From contig JBFYQX010000092.1 in NCBI GenBank assembly GCA_041302525.1, positions 1 to 61,807 of the forward strand: a DNA stretch of 61,807 nucleotides, written 5' to 3'. Source of the stretch: Candidatus Bipolaricaulota bacterium (GTDB lineage Bacteria; Bipolaricaulota; Bipolaricaulia; UBA7950; UBA9294). A model generated the notes under the pieces. It worked only from the letters and a program-made list of their open reading frames with translations. It was not told the DNA's origin and did not search any database. Positions 9,074 to 18,203 of the stretch are shown here, one piece after another (positions within the stretch are counted from its first letter, which is position 1; the number at the start of each line of letters is the position of its first letter). Position numbers and translations under genes: made by a program.

Positions 9074-9840
9074 CACGCCGCGCCGCCACGCCGCCCTGGG
9101 TCTGGACCGTCGCCGGCGTGGCTGCCGTCCTCGCCGCGTGGCAGGCGGCGTGCTCGGTCTTCCGCGTACCCGTCTACCTCCTTGCCTCGCCGGCAGCGAC
9201 GGTGCAGACGCTTGGTGCAGATGCCGCCGTTCTCGGCCGACATGCGGCCACGACGGCCGTCGAGGCCGTGCTCGGCCTCGTCCTCGCGCTCGCCTTCGGC
9301 GTCCTGGTCGCCCTGGCGATGAGCGCCTCGCGCGTCGCCCGCGGGCTTCTCTACCCGTCGCTCGTCTTGTCGCAGGCCGTGCCGCTGATCGCGATCGCGC
9401 CGCTCATCCTCATCTGGTTTGGCCTCGGCCCGTCGGCCAAGGTCTTCGTCGCAGCCTTCATCTCGTTCTTCCCTATCACGGTGAGCACCATCGAGGGCAT
9501 CCAGGCCATCGACCCGCTCTACGGCGAGTTGCTCAAGACGCTCGGCGCACGCCGGCGGGACCTCGTTCGGCATGTGTACGTCCCCGCGGCGCTGCCGGGC
9601 GTGTTCGCCGGCCTGCGGGTCGCGGCGACGTACTGCGTCCTCGGCGCCGTGGTCGGCGAGTGGCTCGGCGGATCGCGCGGCCTCGGAGTCTACATGACGC
9701 GCGCTCTGCAATCGTTCCGCACCGATCGTCTGTTCGCCGCGATCCTGCTCGTGATGGTCATGAGCTACGCCCTGTTCCTGCTTGCCGATCGCGCCGGGCG
9801 GGCGGTGACTCCGTGGCTTCGAAGGAGGCAGCATGCGTAG
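9070..9840 (+). CDS. thiX: ABC transporter permease (thiamine precursor HMP/FAMP type)
   Basis: SsuC/TauC-type permease (SQAVPLIAIAPLILIWFG, ALPGVFAGLR, GEWLG); operon under a TPP riboswitch. Confidence 0.8.
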   Translation: MTRRAATPPWVWTVAGVAAVLAAWQAACSVFRVPVYLLASPAATVQTLGADAAVLGRHAATTAVEAVLGLVLALAFGVLVALAMSASRVARGLLYPSLVLSQAVPLIAIAPLILIWFGLGPSAKVFVAAFISFFPITVSTIEGIQAIDPLYGELLKTLGARRRDLVRHVYVPAALPGVFAGLRVAATYCVLGAVVGEWLGGSRGLGVYMTRALQSFRTDRLFAAILLVMVMSYALFLLADRAGRAVTPWLRRRQHA

Positions 9841-10798
9841 ATGTCTCGTCTTGATCGTCGTGGTCGCGCTGTCCCTCCCCGCGGCCGCCGCGCGGGTGAG
9901 GATTGCCCTCGATTGGACCCCGAACACGAACCACACCGGCATCTTCGTCGCCGAGGCCCGCGGCTACTTCGCCGCCGAAGGTCTGGAGGTCGAGGTGCTC
10001 CAGCCCAGCCCGGTCGTGTCGCTCCAGCTCGTGGCAAGCGGCCGCGCCGAGGTCGGCATCTCGAGCCAGGAGTACGTGACGATGGCGCGGGCCGAAGAGA
10101 CGCCCGTCGTGTCGATCGCCGCCCTCTTCCCGCACAACACGTCGGGGTTCGCTGCGCTCCGATCGACGGGGATCGTCGGGCCGGCCGACTTCGCGGGCAA
10201 GCGGTACGCCGGTTGGGGGAGCGAGTTGGAGGCGCTCATGATCGAGACGGTCATGCGCGGAGCCGGCGCTGACCCGTCGACGGTCGAGGTGATCGGGATG
10301 GGCGCCCTCGACTTCGCCACCGCCGCGCGGGCCGACCTGGCCGACTTCTTCTGGATCTACTACGGTTGGCAAGGCGTGCACGCCGAGCTTCTGGGGCTAG
10401 ACATCGTCTACCTCCCGCTCGTCGACCTCGACCCGGTGCTCGACTACTACACGCCGGTCGTCGTGGCGAGCGAGGGGTTCCTTGCCGAGGCTCCGGACGT
10501 CGCACGGCGTCTCGTGCGGGCCCTCGCCCGCGGGTACGTGGACGCCGCGCTGGATCCGGACACGGCAAGCCAGGCGTTACTCGACGTCGCACCCGAGCTA
10601 GACGCGGATCTCGTTCGCGCGTCGCAGCGCTGGCTCGCGACGCAGAGCGAGACGTCCCTCGAGACGTGGGGCCGGCAAGCGGACGACATCTGGCGGCGCT
10701 TCGCGGAGTGGGCGTTTGACCGTGGCCTGACTCGCCGCGCCGTCGACGCCGGCCAGGCGTACACGAACGCGTTCCTGCCGGAGGGATCGACGCCGTGA
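9833..10798 (+). CDS. thiY: ABC substrate-binding protein, NMT1/THI5-like
   Basis: Signal peptide; LDWTPNTNHTGIFVA..GYF; YYTPV. Confidence 0.85.
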   Translation: MRRCLVLIVVVALSLPAAAARVRIALDWTPNTNHTGIFVAEARGYFAAEGLEVEVLQPSPVVSLQLVASGRAEVGISSQEYVTMARAEETPVVSIAALFPHNTSGFAALRSTGIVGPADFAGKRYAGWGSELEALMIETVMRGAGADPSTVEVIGMGALDFATAARADLADFFWIYYGWQGVHAELLGLDIVYLPLVDLDPVLDYYTPVVVASEGFLAEAPDVARRLVRALARGYVDAALDPDTASQALLDVAPELDADLVRASQRWLATQSETSLETWGRQADDIWRRFAEWAFDRGLTRRAVDAGQAYTNAFLPEGSTP

Positions 10799-11523
10799 GC
10801 CTCGCCTCGGCGTCGCGCGTGTCGAAGCGATTCGGGGACCTCGCCGTCCTTGCCGACGTGAGCCTGACGGTGGGCGTCGCGGACGTCGTCGGCCTGCTCG
10901 GACCTTCCGGCTGCGGCAAGACGACGCTCCTGCGGATCCTCCTCGACCTCGAGACCCCCGATGGCGGCGAGGTCGTGGCGGCCCCGCGCGCCGGCTACTC
11001 GCCGCAGGAGGGCCTGCTCCTCCCGTGGAAGACGGTGCTTGGGAACGCTGAGCTGCCGCTCGCCGTGCGCGGCGTCCCCGCGGGCGAGCGGCGCGCGCGC
11101 GTTCAAGAGGAGCTGCGCGCGTTCGGGCTCGACGGCTTCGAGCGCTCGTACCCGCACGAGCTCTCCGGCGGGATGCGGCAGCGGGCGGCGCTCTTGCGCG
11201 CCGTCTTGACCGGCAGTCCCCTGCTGGTGCTCGACGAGCCGTTCGGCGCGCTGGACACGCTGACACGCCATCGGTTGCAGGATTGGCTGGCGGAGATGGT
11301 GGGTCGCCTCGGCCGCGCCATGCTGTTCGTGACTCACGACATCGAGGAGGCCGTCGCCCTGTCGCGGCGGCTCGTCGTCCTCTCGCCACGCCCGGCGGTC
11401 GTACTCGGCGAGACCGCTGTGGACCTCTCCGCGAGCGAGCGCGCGGATCGCCTCGGCCGCCCGTTCCTCAGCGCCCGCGACCGCGCCCTGGCCCTACTGG
11501 CTGGGTCGGCCGCCCCCGCCTAG
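10795..11523 (+). CDS. thiZ: ABC transporter ATP-binding subunit
   Basis: Walker A GPSGCGKT, LSGGMRQR, LDEPFGALD, FVTHD. Confidence 0.85.
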   Translation: MSLASASRVSKRFGDLAVLADVSLTVGVADVVGLLGPSGCGKTTLLRILLDLETPDGGEVVAAPRAGYSPQEGLLLPWKTVLGNAELPLAVRGVPAGERRARVQEELRAFGLDGFERSYPHELSGGMRQRAALLRAVLTGSPLLVLDEPFGALDTLTRHRLQDWLAEMVGRLGRAMLFVTHDIEEAVALSRRLVVLSPRPAVVLGETAVDLSASERADRLGRPFLSARDRALALLAGSAAPA

Positions 11524-11565
11524 CTCCAGCGCTCGGGCGCGGCGCGGGCGAAGGTCGATCCCATC

Positions 11566-11595
11566 TTGACAGGATGCGCTCGGCCTCCGTAGGAT
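11566..11595 (+). promoter_or_regulatory. sigma70-type promoter, probably giving a leaderless mRNA
   Basis: TTGACA-18 nt-TAGGAT, 7 nt before ATG 11603, with no SD. Confidence 0.55.
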
Positions 11596-11602
11596 CAGCC
11601 CC

Positions 11603-12517
11603 ATGAACGGCGAGAAGTACTTCCTGATCGTCAACCTCATCGCCGGACAAGGCCGCTGCAAGGCGGCCTTTCCGCGGGTGAAGGCCGCGCTGGAGAAGAG
11701 CCGCACGCCCTACGACCTCCACTACACGAACGAGCCGATGGAGGCCATCGACGTCGCCAAGATGGGCATCGAGGCCGGCTTCACGCGCATCGTCGCCATG
11801 GGCGGCGATGGGACCGTCAACGAGGTTGCGAACGGGCTCCTCGGATCGTCGGCCGCGCTCGGCGTCATTCCCGCCGGCACAGGCAACGACTTCGGGCGCA
11901 TGCTGGGGATCCCGTCGGATCCGCTCGAGGCCCTGCGCCTGTTGCCCAAGGCGGTCGTGCGCACGGTGGACCTCGGGTGCGTGAACGGCGAACGGCACTT
12001 CGTCAACGGCTTGGGGATCGGGATCGACGCGCAGGTGGCCCGCGACGTGCTGGCGATGGAGCGTCTCCGCGGAGCCGCCGCCTACCTCTACGCCGCGGTC
12101 AAGGAGGTCTTTCGCTTCCAGGCATTCGACGTCCAGCTTTCTGGGGACGGCTTCGCGGAGGAGATGACGTGCATCTCGCTCGGGATCGCCAACGGCAAGT
12201 ACTGCGGCGGTGGGTTCATGCTCGCCCCGCAGGCGTCCGTGGACGACGGGAAGATCGACGTGGCTGCGATCGGCGACTTCCCGAGGCTCGAACGCCTCTT
12301 CCGTCTGCCCCAGGCCCGCGCCGGCAAGCACCTCGCCCTCTCGCAGGTCCGCTACGCCCAGATGCCGCGGGTGCGCGTCGCCTCAGAGACGAAGCTCATC
12401 GCGCACATGGACGGCGAGCCCTACGAACTCCCGCGCGCCGCGTTCGAGGTCGCCGTCGTGCCCCACGCGCTTCGCGTGCTCGTCCCCGCCTCGCGCGGCG
12501 CGGCAAGCTCCACGTGA
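11603..12517 (+). CDS. Diacylglycerol/lipid kinase family protein (YegS/BmrU-like)
   Basis: IVNxxAG, GGDGTVNEV, IPAGTGNDF, GxGIDA, GGGF and DGE motifs. Confidence 0.9.
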   Translation: MNGEKYFLIVNLIAGQGRCKAAFPRVKAALEKSRTPYDLHYTNEPMEAIDVAKMGIEAGFTRIVAMGGDGTVNEVANGLLGSSAALGVIPAGTGNDFGRMLGIPSDPLEALRLLPKAVVRTVDLGCVNGERHFVNGLGIGIDAQVARDVLAMERLRGAAAYLYAAVKEVFRFQAFDVQLSGDGFAEEMTCISLGIANGKYCGGGFMLAPQASVDDGKIDVAAIGDFPRLERLFRLPQARAGKHLALSQVRYAQMPRVRVASETKLIAHMDGEPYELPRAAFEVAVVPHALRVLVPASRGAASST

Positions 12518-12539
12518 CGCTGCGCGCAGCGAGGGCCGG

Positions 12540-14282
12540 CTAGCGTCGGCCAAACCGGCGGTCGAGTTCCTCGCGTTCGAGCGAGAAGACAATCGGTCGA
12601 CCGTGCGGGCAGCTGTACGGATCGTCCTCCTGCATCAGTTGGTCGACGAGCGCCTGCGCGGCAAGCAGTGGGATTCGGTCGCCGGCCTTGATCGCCGCCG
12701 CGCAAGACAACTCGGTAAGAATGCCGTCGAAGAGCGCGTCCTCGACGTCTCGCTCCTCGCGCAGCAACTCGACCAGGGCGTCGAGGACGTCCTGGAATCC
12801 CCGCGGCGTCTGATCGTCGGCCAGAACCTGGGGGTACTCGCGTAGGAGGAAGGTGCCGCCCCCGAACTCCTCGAGAACCACGCCGGCACGGCTGAGCCGC
12901 TCGAGTCCTGCGGTCACGACCGCCGCGGCCTCGAACGGCAGCTCGATGCGCGCCGGCAGCAGGAACAGCTGGCGAACGATGCCGCCCTGGGCGAACTCGC
13001 GACGCAGCCGCTCGTAGAGAACGCGCTCGTGGGCGATGTGCTGATCGACGATCTCGAGGCCCGCGGCCGTCTCGACCAGCAGGTAGGTGTCGTGCAGTTG
13101 GGCGAGGACGCGCCGCTCGCCGGGAAGGCTCACTCTTGCCGGACCGAGCGGCGTGCCCGCCGCCCCGGCCGGCGCGGGGAGATCAAGCGCCAACGGCCGC
13201 GCGGTCGCGTTCTCCCGCAGGATGCGGATCTCGCCCCCGCGGGGCGCGGCGGGGACGGCGTCCGGAATCGGCGCGACCTCGAACCGCCCGGCCATGCTTG
13301 GCGAGGTCAGGGCCTGGTGCAGCGCGGCGGCGACCGCGTCTTGAACCTCGCGGGAGTTGGCGAAGCGGACCTCCTCCTTGCGGGGGTGGATGTTGACGTC
13401 CACCTGGTCGGGCGGGAGATCCACGCACAGGACGGCGATGGGGAAACTGCCGGGGCGGAGGATGCCGCTGTAGGCGCTGGCCAAGATGTAGCCCAGCCCA
13501 CGATCGCTCACCGCGCGGCGGTTCACGACGAACAGCTGGTCGCGACGGTTGCCGCGCTTGAGGTCGCGGTGGCTGATGCAGCCAGAGACGCGCAGCGCGC
13601 CCCGCCGCCCGTCGAGCGGAAGCATGCCCCGCGCGACGTCGACGCCGTAGACCTGGCCGACCCGTTCGAGCAACGTCCCGACGCGCGGCGCGGCGAACAC
13701 CTCGCGGCCGTCGTGCGCCAACCTCAGGCTCACTTCCGGGACCATGAGCGACAGCCGCTGCACCCAGCGGTTGATGTGCGCCGTCTCCGTGCGCGCCGAC
13801 CCGAGGAACTTGGCGCGCGCCGGCAGGTTGAAGAACAGGTCCCGCACTTCAACTGTCGTGCCCGGCCCGCGTGCATCGGGCGCGGGCTCGCCCGTCTCGC
13901 CGGGACCGAGCGACATGGCGAACGCGTCGGTCGCCCCGGCAGCGCGGGAAGCGATCCGCACGTGGGACACGGCGGCGACGCTGGCCAGCGCCTCGCCGCG
14001 GAACCCGAGTGTGCGCAGCTCGTCGAGATCGTCCACGCTGCGGATCTTGCTCGTCGCGTGCCGTTGCCCGCACAGCCGGAGGTCCGACGCCGCGATGCCA
14101 CAGCCGTCGTCGCGCACCACGATCGATTCGACGCCGCCCCGCGCGATCTCGACCTCGATCGTGCGCGCCCCGGCATCCAGCGCGTTCTCGACGAGCTCCT
14201 TGACCACGGAAACCGGCCGGTCAATGACCTCCCCGGCCGCGATCTTCCGGCTCTCCGACTCATCTAGACGCTGGATGGGCAT
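12540..14282 (-). CDS. mutL: DNA mismatch repair endonuclease MutL
   Basis: IAAGEVI.RP.SVVKELVENALDAG, GFRGEALAS, DVNIHPRK.EV, DQHIAHER...YE, CPHGRP. Confidence 0.95.
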   Translation of the reverse strand: MPIQRLDESESRKIAAGEVIDRPVSVVKELVENALDAGARTIEVEIARGGVESIVVRDDGCGIAASDLRLCGQRHATSKIRSVDDLDELRTLGFRGEALASVAAVSHVRIASRAAGATDAFAMSLGPGETGEPAPDARGPGTTVEVRDLFFNLPARAKFLGSARTETAHINRWVQRLSLMVPEVSLRLAHDGREVFAAPRVGTLLERVGQVYGVDVARGMLPLDGRRGALRVSGCISHRDLKRGNRRDQLFVVNRRAVSDRGLGYILASAYSGILRPGSFPIAVLCVDLPPDQVDVNIHPRKEEVRFANSREVQDAVAAALHQALTSPSMAGRFEVAPIPDAVPAAPRGGEIRILRENATARPLALDLPAPAGAAGTPLGPARVSLPGERRVLAQLHDTYLLVETAAGLEIVDQHIAHERVLYERLRREFAQGGIVRQLFLLPARIELPFEAAAVVTAGLERLSRAGVVLEEFGGGTFLLREYPQVLADDQTPRGFQDVLDALVELLREERDVEDALFDGILTELSCAAAIKAGDRIPLLAAQALVDQLMQEDDPYSCPHGRPIVFSLEREELDRRFGRR

Positions 14283-14288
14283 CCTCGA

Positions 14289-14352
14289 AGGCTACTCCAT
14301 CCCCGGACCTCTCACAATTCGCCTTGGCCGCGACGTGGCGGCCGGCTATCGT
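14289..14352. promoter_or_regulatory. Back-to-back promoters for mutL (-) and the MerR-like gene (+), both apparently leaderless
   Basis: Minus strand: TTGTGA (14317-14312)-17-TAGCCT (14294-14289)-6 nt-ATG. Plus strand: TTGGCC (14324)-17-TATCGT (14347)-6 nt-ATG. Confidence 0.45.
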
Positions 14353-14358
14353 AGGGTC

Positions 14359-14808
14359 ATGCACACCATCTCCAGCCTACGCAAGGCCCTCGGGCTGTCG
14401 ACGGCCAATCAGGTCAGGAACCGCCTCGACGCGGTTCGCGACCTCCTCGAGCCGCACCTGCGCCGCGGCCCGAACAACCAGATCCTCGTGGCGGACGAGG
14501 GCCTCGCTCTCCTGCGCCGACTGCAGGAGTTGGTTGATTCCGGGCTAAGGATGAGCGAGGCGAGCGATGTCTTGCGAGCAACAGCTGTGCACAGTAGCGG
14601 TACGCGCGTAGCGGTTTCGTCCAGTTCCGCCTCAAGCGGGATGCAACGTGACGACAGCGTCCGAGATCTCACGGCGGCATTACGCGGCGAGATCGCCTTT
14701 CTGCGCTCGCGCCTCGTCCAGCTTGAGTCTCGTCCGGTTTCGTCTGCAACAGGATCAGACGCCGCTCCCTGGTGGGCGTCGCTGCGGGAGGACCTCGATG
14801 TCGCTTAA
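14359..14808 (+). CDS. MerR-like HTH / coiled-coil protein (RacA-like architecture)
   Basis: HTH-like N-terminus with RGPNNQILV, heptad region LRGEIAFLRSRLVQLE, terminal PWWASL; overlaps the next gene. Confidence 0.6.
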   Translation: MHTISSLRKALGLSTANQVRNRLDAVRDLLEPHLRRGPNNQILVADEGLALLRRLQELVDSGLRMSEASDVLRATAVHSSGTRVAVSSSSASSGMQRDDSVRDLTAALRGEIAFLRSRLVQLESRPVSSATGSDAAPWWASLREDLDVA

Positions 14809-15571
14809 TCTTCCGGTGCGCGGGAACCAGCCGCTTGGCCAAGTCCTCGACCGCGTCAACGCCTCGGTCACCCTGCAGACCTACTGGGAGGCGTCGAACA
14901 CGACGGCCATCGGGCGGCTGCGCATCAACGACCACGGCCCGGTCCACATTAAGATCATGGCCAACATCTCGCTCAAGCTGCTTCGCCTTCTCGCCGACGC
15001 GGGGATCACGCCCAACGTCGTCGCCGACTATGAGCTCGCGCAAGAGGACGCCGAGGTCGTCGTCGTCCTCGCCGCTTGCCTACATGATGTCGGCCATGCC
15101 ATCCACCGCCGTGACCACGAGCAGCTGTCCCTCATCCTGGCCGCGCCCCTGATCGACGAGTTTCTCGCCGGTCTGTACGACGAGCGCGCGCGCGCGCTGC
15201 TGAAGTCGGAGATCCTCCACGCCGTCCTCACCCACCAGCGCGACATCCCGCCCTTGACCCTCGAGGCGGGCGTGGTCAAGGTTGCGGACGCGCTCGACAT
15301 GGAGGCGGGGCGGGCGCGGATCCCGTTCTCGACCGGCGGGCCGACGATCCACTCGGTGTCGGCCATGGCCATCCGCAAGGTTCGCCTCTCCGCGGGGGAG
15401 AAGAAGCCGATCCGCATCGCGATCGAGATGACCAACTCGGCCGGCATCTATCAGCTCGACAACCTGTTGCGCGAGAAGCTGAAGAACTCGACGCTCGCCC
15501 CGTACGTCGAGGTGCTGGCCGAGATCACCGGAGACGAAGAGCCGATCGTCCAGCACTACGCGATCGAATAG
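14798..15571 (+). CDS. HD-domain metal-dependent phosphohydrolase (COG3294-like)
   Basis: NDHGPVH, LHDVGH.IHR..H, ADALDM..GRAR; SD GGAGG before ATG 14798. Confidence 0.88.
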   Translation: MSLNLPVRGNQPLGQVLDRVNASVTLQTYWEASNTTAIGRLRINDHGPVHIKIMANISLKLLRLLADAGITPNVVADYELAQEDAEVVVVLAACLHDVGHAIHRRDHEQLSLILAAPLIDEFLAGLYDERARALLKSEILHAVLTHQRDIPPLTLEAGVVKVADALDMEAGRARIPFSTGGPTIHSVSAMAIRKVRLSAGEKKPIRIAIEMTNSAGIYQLDNLLREKLKNSTLAPYVEVLAEITGDEEPIVQHYAIE

Positions 15572-15700
15572 GAGGCCCCTCAGGTCGCCCCGTTGGCTTC
15601 AACCGGGCTTGGGGGGGGGTGAGGCCGAGGCGCACGGGTCGCCGACGCCTTCCGTCGGGCCTCGAGGCAGCCGTCGTGCGTTCCTGTCTGCGCGCACGGC

Positions 15701-15736
15701 GGTCTCGCAACAAAAGTACCCTTTTGTTGCGACACC
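15701..15736. repeat. AT-rich inverted repeat, candidate recombination (dif-like) or operator site
   Basis: TCGCAACAAAA-GTACCC-TTTTGTTGCGA (15705-15732, 11-6-11), extendable to 16 bp with one mismatch; about 60 nt upstream of a tyrosine recombinase. Confidence 0.7.
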
Positions 15737-15795
15737 GATCACCTCGCCCGCGCCCGGCGCCCGGTACCTTGACCGCCGACGTGAGGGAGGCGCCC

Positions 15796-16413
15796 ATGCC
15801 GCTTGAGGTGACCTACGAGGACTTCCTGACCCCGGAGCAAGTGCGCCGGCTGAAGGACCACTGCCGGGCGCGCGCCGAGACGGCCGTAGGGGACGGCCGA
15901 ACGAACCCCGTCCGCGATTGGGCCATCTTGCACGTCGCGCTCGACACCGGCCTGCGCGTGTCAGAGATCTGCGCTCTCGAGCTCCGCGACGTCATCCTCG
16001 ACGGCGGGCATCCGTCCCTCATCGTGCGCGACGGCAAGGGCGGCAAGAAGCGCGGCGTGAAGCTGGGCTCGGCGCTGCGCGAGCACCTGACCGCGTTCGT
16101 CGCTTGGAAGGCCGAGCGGAGTGAGGCCGTCGCTGCCGCCGCCCCCCTGTTCGTGTCGTCGCGCGGCGGTCCGCTGACGCGCACGGCCGTCTACCGCGTC
16201 TTCCGCCAGCACGCGGACGCGGTGGGGATCCCGGCTCGGTTCTCGATCCACTCGTGTCGCCACACCTACGCGTCCATGCTCTACCGTGCGTCCAACTTCA
16301 ACCTCCGCCTCGTGCAGAAGCAACTCGGCCATCGGTCGATTCAGACGACCCAGATCTACGCCGACGTGCTCGACGAGGACGCCGTCCTCGCTGTCGAGAA
16401 CCTGCCGCAGTAG
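15796..16413 (+). CDS. Tyrosine recombinase, catalytic domain only (205 aa)
   Basis: TGLRVSE (R), GKGGKKR (K), HSCRH, LGH, TTQIY (Y); SD GGGAGG. Confidence 0.92.
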   Translation: MPLEVTYEDFLTPEQVRRLKDHCRARAETAVGDGRTNPVRDWAILHVALDTGLRVSEICALELRDVILDGGHPSLIVRDGKGGKKRGVKLGSALREHLTAFVAWKAERSEAVAAAAPLFVSSRGGPLTRTAVYRVFRQHADAVGIPARFSIHSCRHTYASMLYRASNFNLRLVQKQLGHRSIQTTQIYADVLDEDAVLAVENLPQ

Positions 16414-16434
16414 CGCGGATCGCGACGGGACGCA

Positions 16435-16463
16435 TTGACACCTCCGGTGACGGGAGGCATAAT
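16435..16463 (+). promoter_or_regulatory. Strong sigma70 promoter of the MoxR operon with a palindromic spacer
   Basis: TTGACA-17-CATAAT; the spacer is CCTCC-GGTGACG-GGAGG. Confidence 0.65.
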
Positions 16464-16517
16464 CCGCCGGATTCTCCTACAGATCCGAACACAGGACCCG
16501 GCACCGAGGCTCGTGGC

Positions 16518-18203
16518 ATGCGGAGGCACGCGATCGCGCGGCAGTACCTATTCGCTCTTGGAGTGAGCGTCTTGCTCGCCGCGCCCTGCGCGGCGTCACC
16601 CCAAGTGTCGCTGTCGGTGGGCTTCGACCAGCAGGTTGTCCGCAACACGTTCACCCCGTTCGAGATTGAGATCGCCGGCCTCGCCAGCCCCGTCGACGGC
16701 ACGCTCAAGGTGCGTCAGAGCGCCGGACTGCCTGGGGAGCGCCGGGCAGAGATCGTGCACGTGATTCAGTCCGGAACCATCGAGAACGGAACGCTGCGCG
16801 CGACGCTTCCACTCGTTGAGCCCCTCAACCCAGTGACCGTCGAACTCGTCGCGCAAGACGGACGAACCGTCGCCGTCGCTGAGCAGAGCCTGCGGTTGGG
16901 GGTCCGGCAGTGGGCGTACCCGCTCACGGTCGGTCGCCCGACGGGCATCGCCTCGGCCGCCGTGGTCGGCGCTGAGGAGTTGCCCCTCGATTGGTGGGCC
17001 TACGATGCGGTGCGCGAGGTCTGGCTCGTCGACCCTCCGTTTTCGGAGCCGGCCCTGCAGGCGCTGGGCGAGTGGACGGTCTCGGGGGGGAGTCTGCTCA
17101 TTGTGAGCGGGTCAGCGTACCCGCGCATGGACTCGCCGACGCTGCGCCGGCTCTTGCCGCTGTCGGCCCCGCAGCTCGAGGAGGCCGAGGACGGGACGTT
17201 CTTCGTGGGGGGGGCTCAGCGCGCCGAGGCCGAGACGGTCCTGAAGCGCGGCGTCCGGCCGCTCCTGGTGCAGATGCCCCTCGGCGCGGGAAGGGTATCC
17301 CTCGTGACCGTCGCCCTGGCCGACCTGGGACCGGGTGAGCTCGAACTCATTGCCGAGCGGATCCCGCAGGCCCAGCGCCCGCCGACGACCGAGCGCGTCT
17401 CGGCGGCCCTCCTCCGGTCAACGCGCGTCCCACGGCCCGCGTACTGGCTCGCGCCGGCCGTGACCGGCGTCACTCTGGCTTCGCTCGTGGCGTTTGGCCT
17501 GTGGGGAACACGGCGGCGTTGGACATTCGGCGCCTTCGTTGGGAGCCTCGTGGCTCTCGCGGCCTGGTCCGGTTTCTATGGAAACAGCCACAAGCGCTTT
17601 GTGCGCGAGTACAGCATGATCACGAATGTATCCGTTCTGTCATCTTTCGGCATCAACACCGCTTTCTCCTCTTTCTACGCAGTGGAGCCGCGATCGGTGA
17701 CGATGCGACACGAACTGGGCTCGTTTCCCGCCGGCGGCTACGTGCTCGGGGCGCGCGGCGGCACACTGAGCGCCGAAAGTGAGGCTGGCCAGACGCGGTT
17801 CGCCCTGCAGGCCGCCGAGCGGCGGGACCTCCTTTTTCACTCTCGTCCTGCAGCGGAGAGTCTGCGCTTCCGCTTCGATGGGACCTACGCTGAGATCGAG
17901 AATCGCACGGGCAAGACGCTCGCGAACGCCTACCTCGCGGCCGACGATGCGATCCTGTCCCTGCCGGCCATCCAGCCGGGCACGCAACGATTGGCCGTGC
18001 AGACGGGGCTCATGCTGGGTGAGGCGCGCTCGACCTACCTCTCCCTGCGCAGCATCCTCCGTCCGATCGAGGAGTGGTTGCCTATCGCCCAGCGCGGCGT
18101 GTGGCTGGTCACGCTCGAGGAGTGGCCGGAAGCGACGGACCGCGACGCGCCGACCCTGGAACGAGAAGTCTGGATCACGATTCTCCAAGGAGAACGCACG
18201 TGA
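16518..18203 (+). CDS. Exported/membrane hypothetical protein of the MoxR operon
   Basis: Signal peptide, central GATase-like stretch (ALGEWTVSGGSLLI), two TM segments; coupled to the downstream genes. Confidence 0.65.
   Translation: MRRHAIARQYLFALGVSVLLAAPCAASPQVSLSVGFDQQVVRNTFTPFEIEIAGLASPVDGTLKVRQSAGLPGERRAEIVHVIQSGTIENGTLRATLPLVEPLNPVTVELVAQDGRTVAVAEQSLRLGVRQWAYPLTVGRPTGIASAAVVGAEELPLDWWAYDAVREVWLVDPPFSEPALQALGEWTVSGGSLLIVSGSAYPRMDSPTLRRLLPLSAPQLEEAEDGTFFVGGAQRAEAETVLKRGVRPLLVQMPLGAGRVSLVTVALADLGPGELELIAERIPQAQRPPTTERVSAALLRSTRVPRPAYWLAPAVTGVTLASLVAFGLWGTRRRWTFGAFVGSLVALAAWSGFYGNSHKRFVREYSMITNVSVLSSFGINTAFSSFYAVEPRSVTMRHELGSFPAGGYVLGARGGTLSAESEAGQTRFALQAAERRDLLFHSRPAAESLRFRFDGTYAEIENRTGKTLANAYLAADDAILSLPAIQPGTQRLAVQTGLMLGEARSTYLSLRSILRPIEEWLPIAQRGVWLVTLEEWPEATDRDAPTLEREVWITILQGERT

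Noticed and set aside
9070-11523. Nitrate/sulfonate/taurine ABC transporter
   Set aside because: The TPP riboswitch, thiN linkage and THI5-type LDWTPNTNH motif point to thiamine-precursor uptake.
15611-15619. G9 homopolymer as a phase-variation tract
   Set aside because: Intergenic, not within a recognisable promoter spacer, and unremarkable at this GC content.
15796-16413. Prophage or ICE integrase
   Set aside because: No phage, conjugation or excisionase genes, no att duplication and no compositional shift around it.
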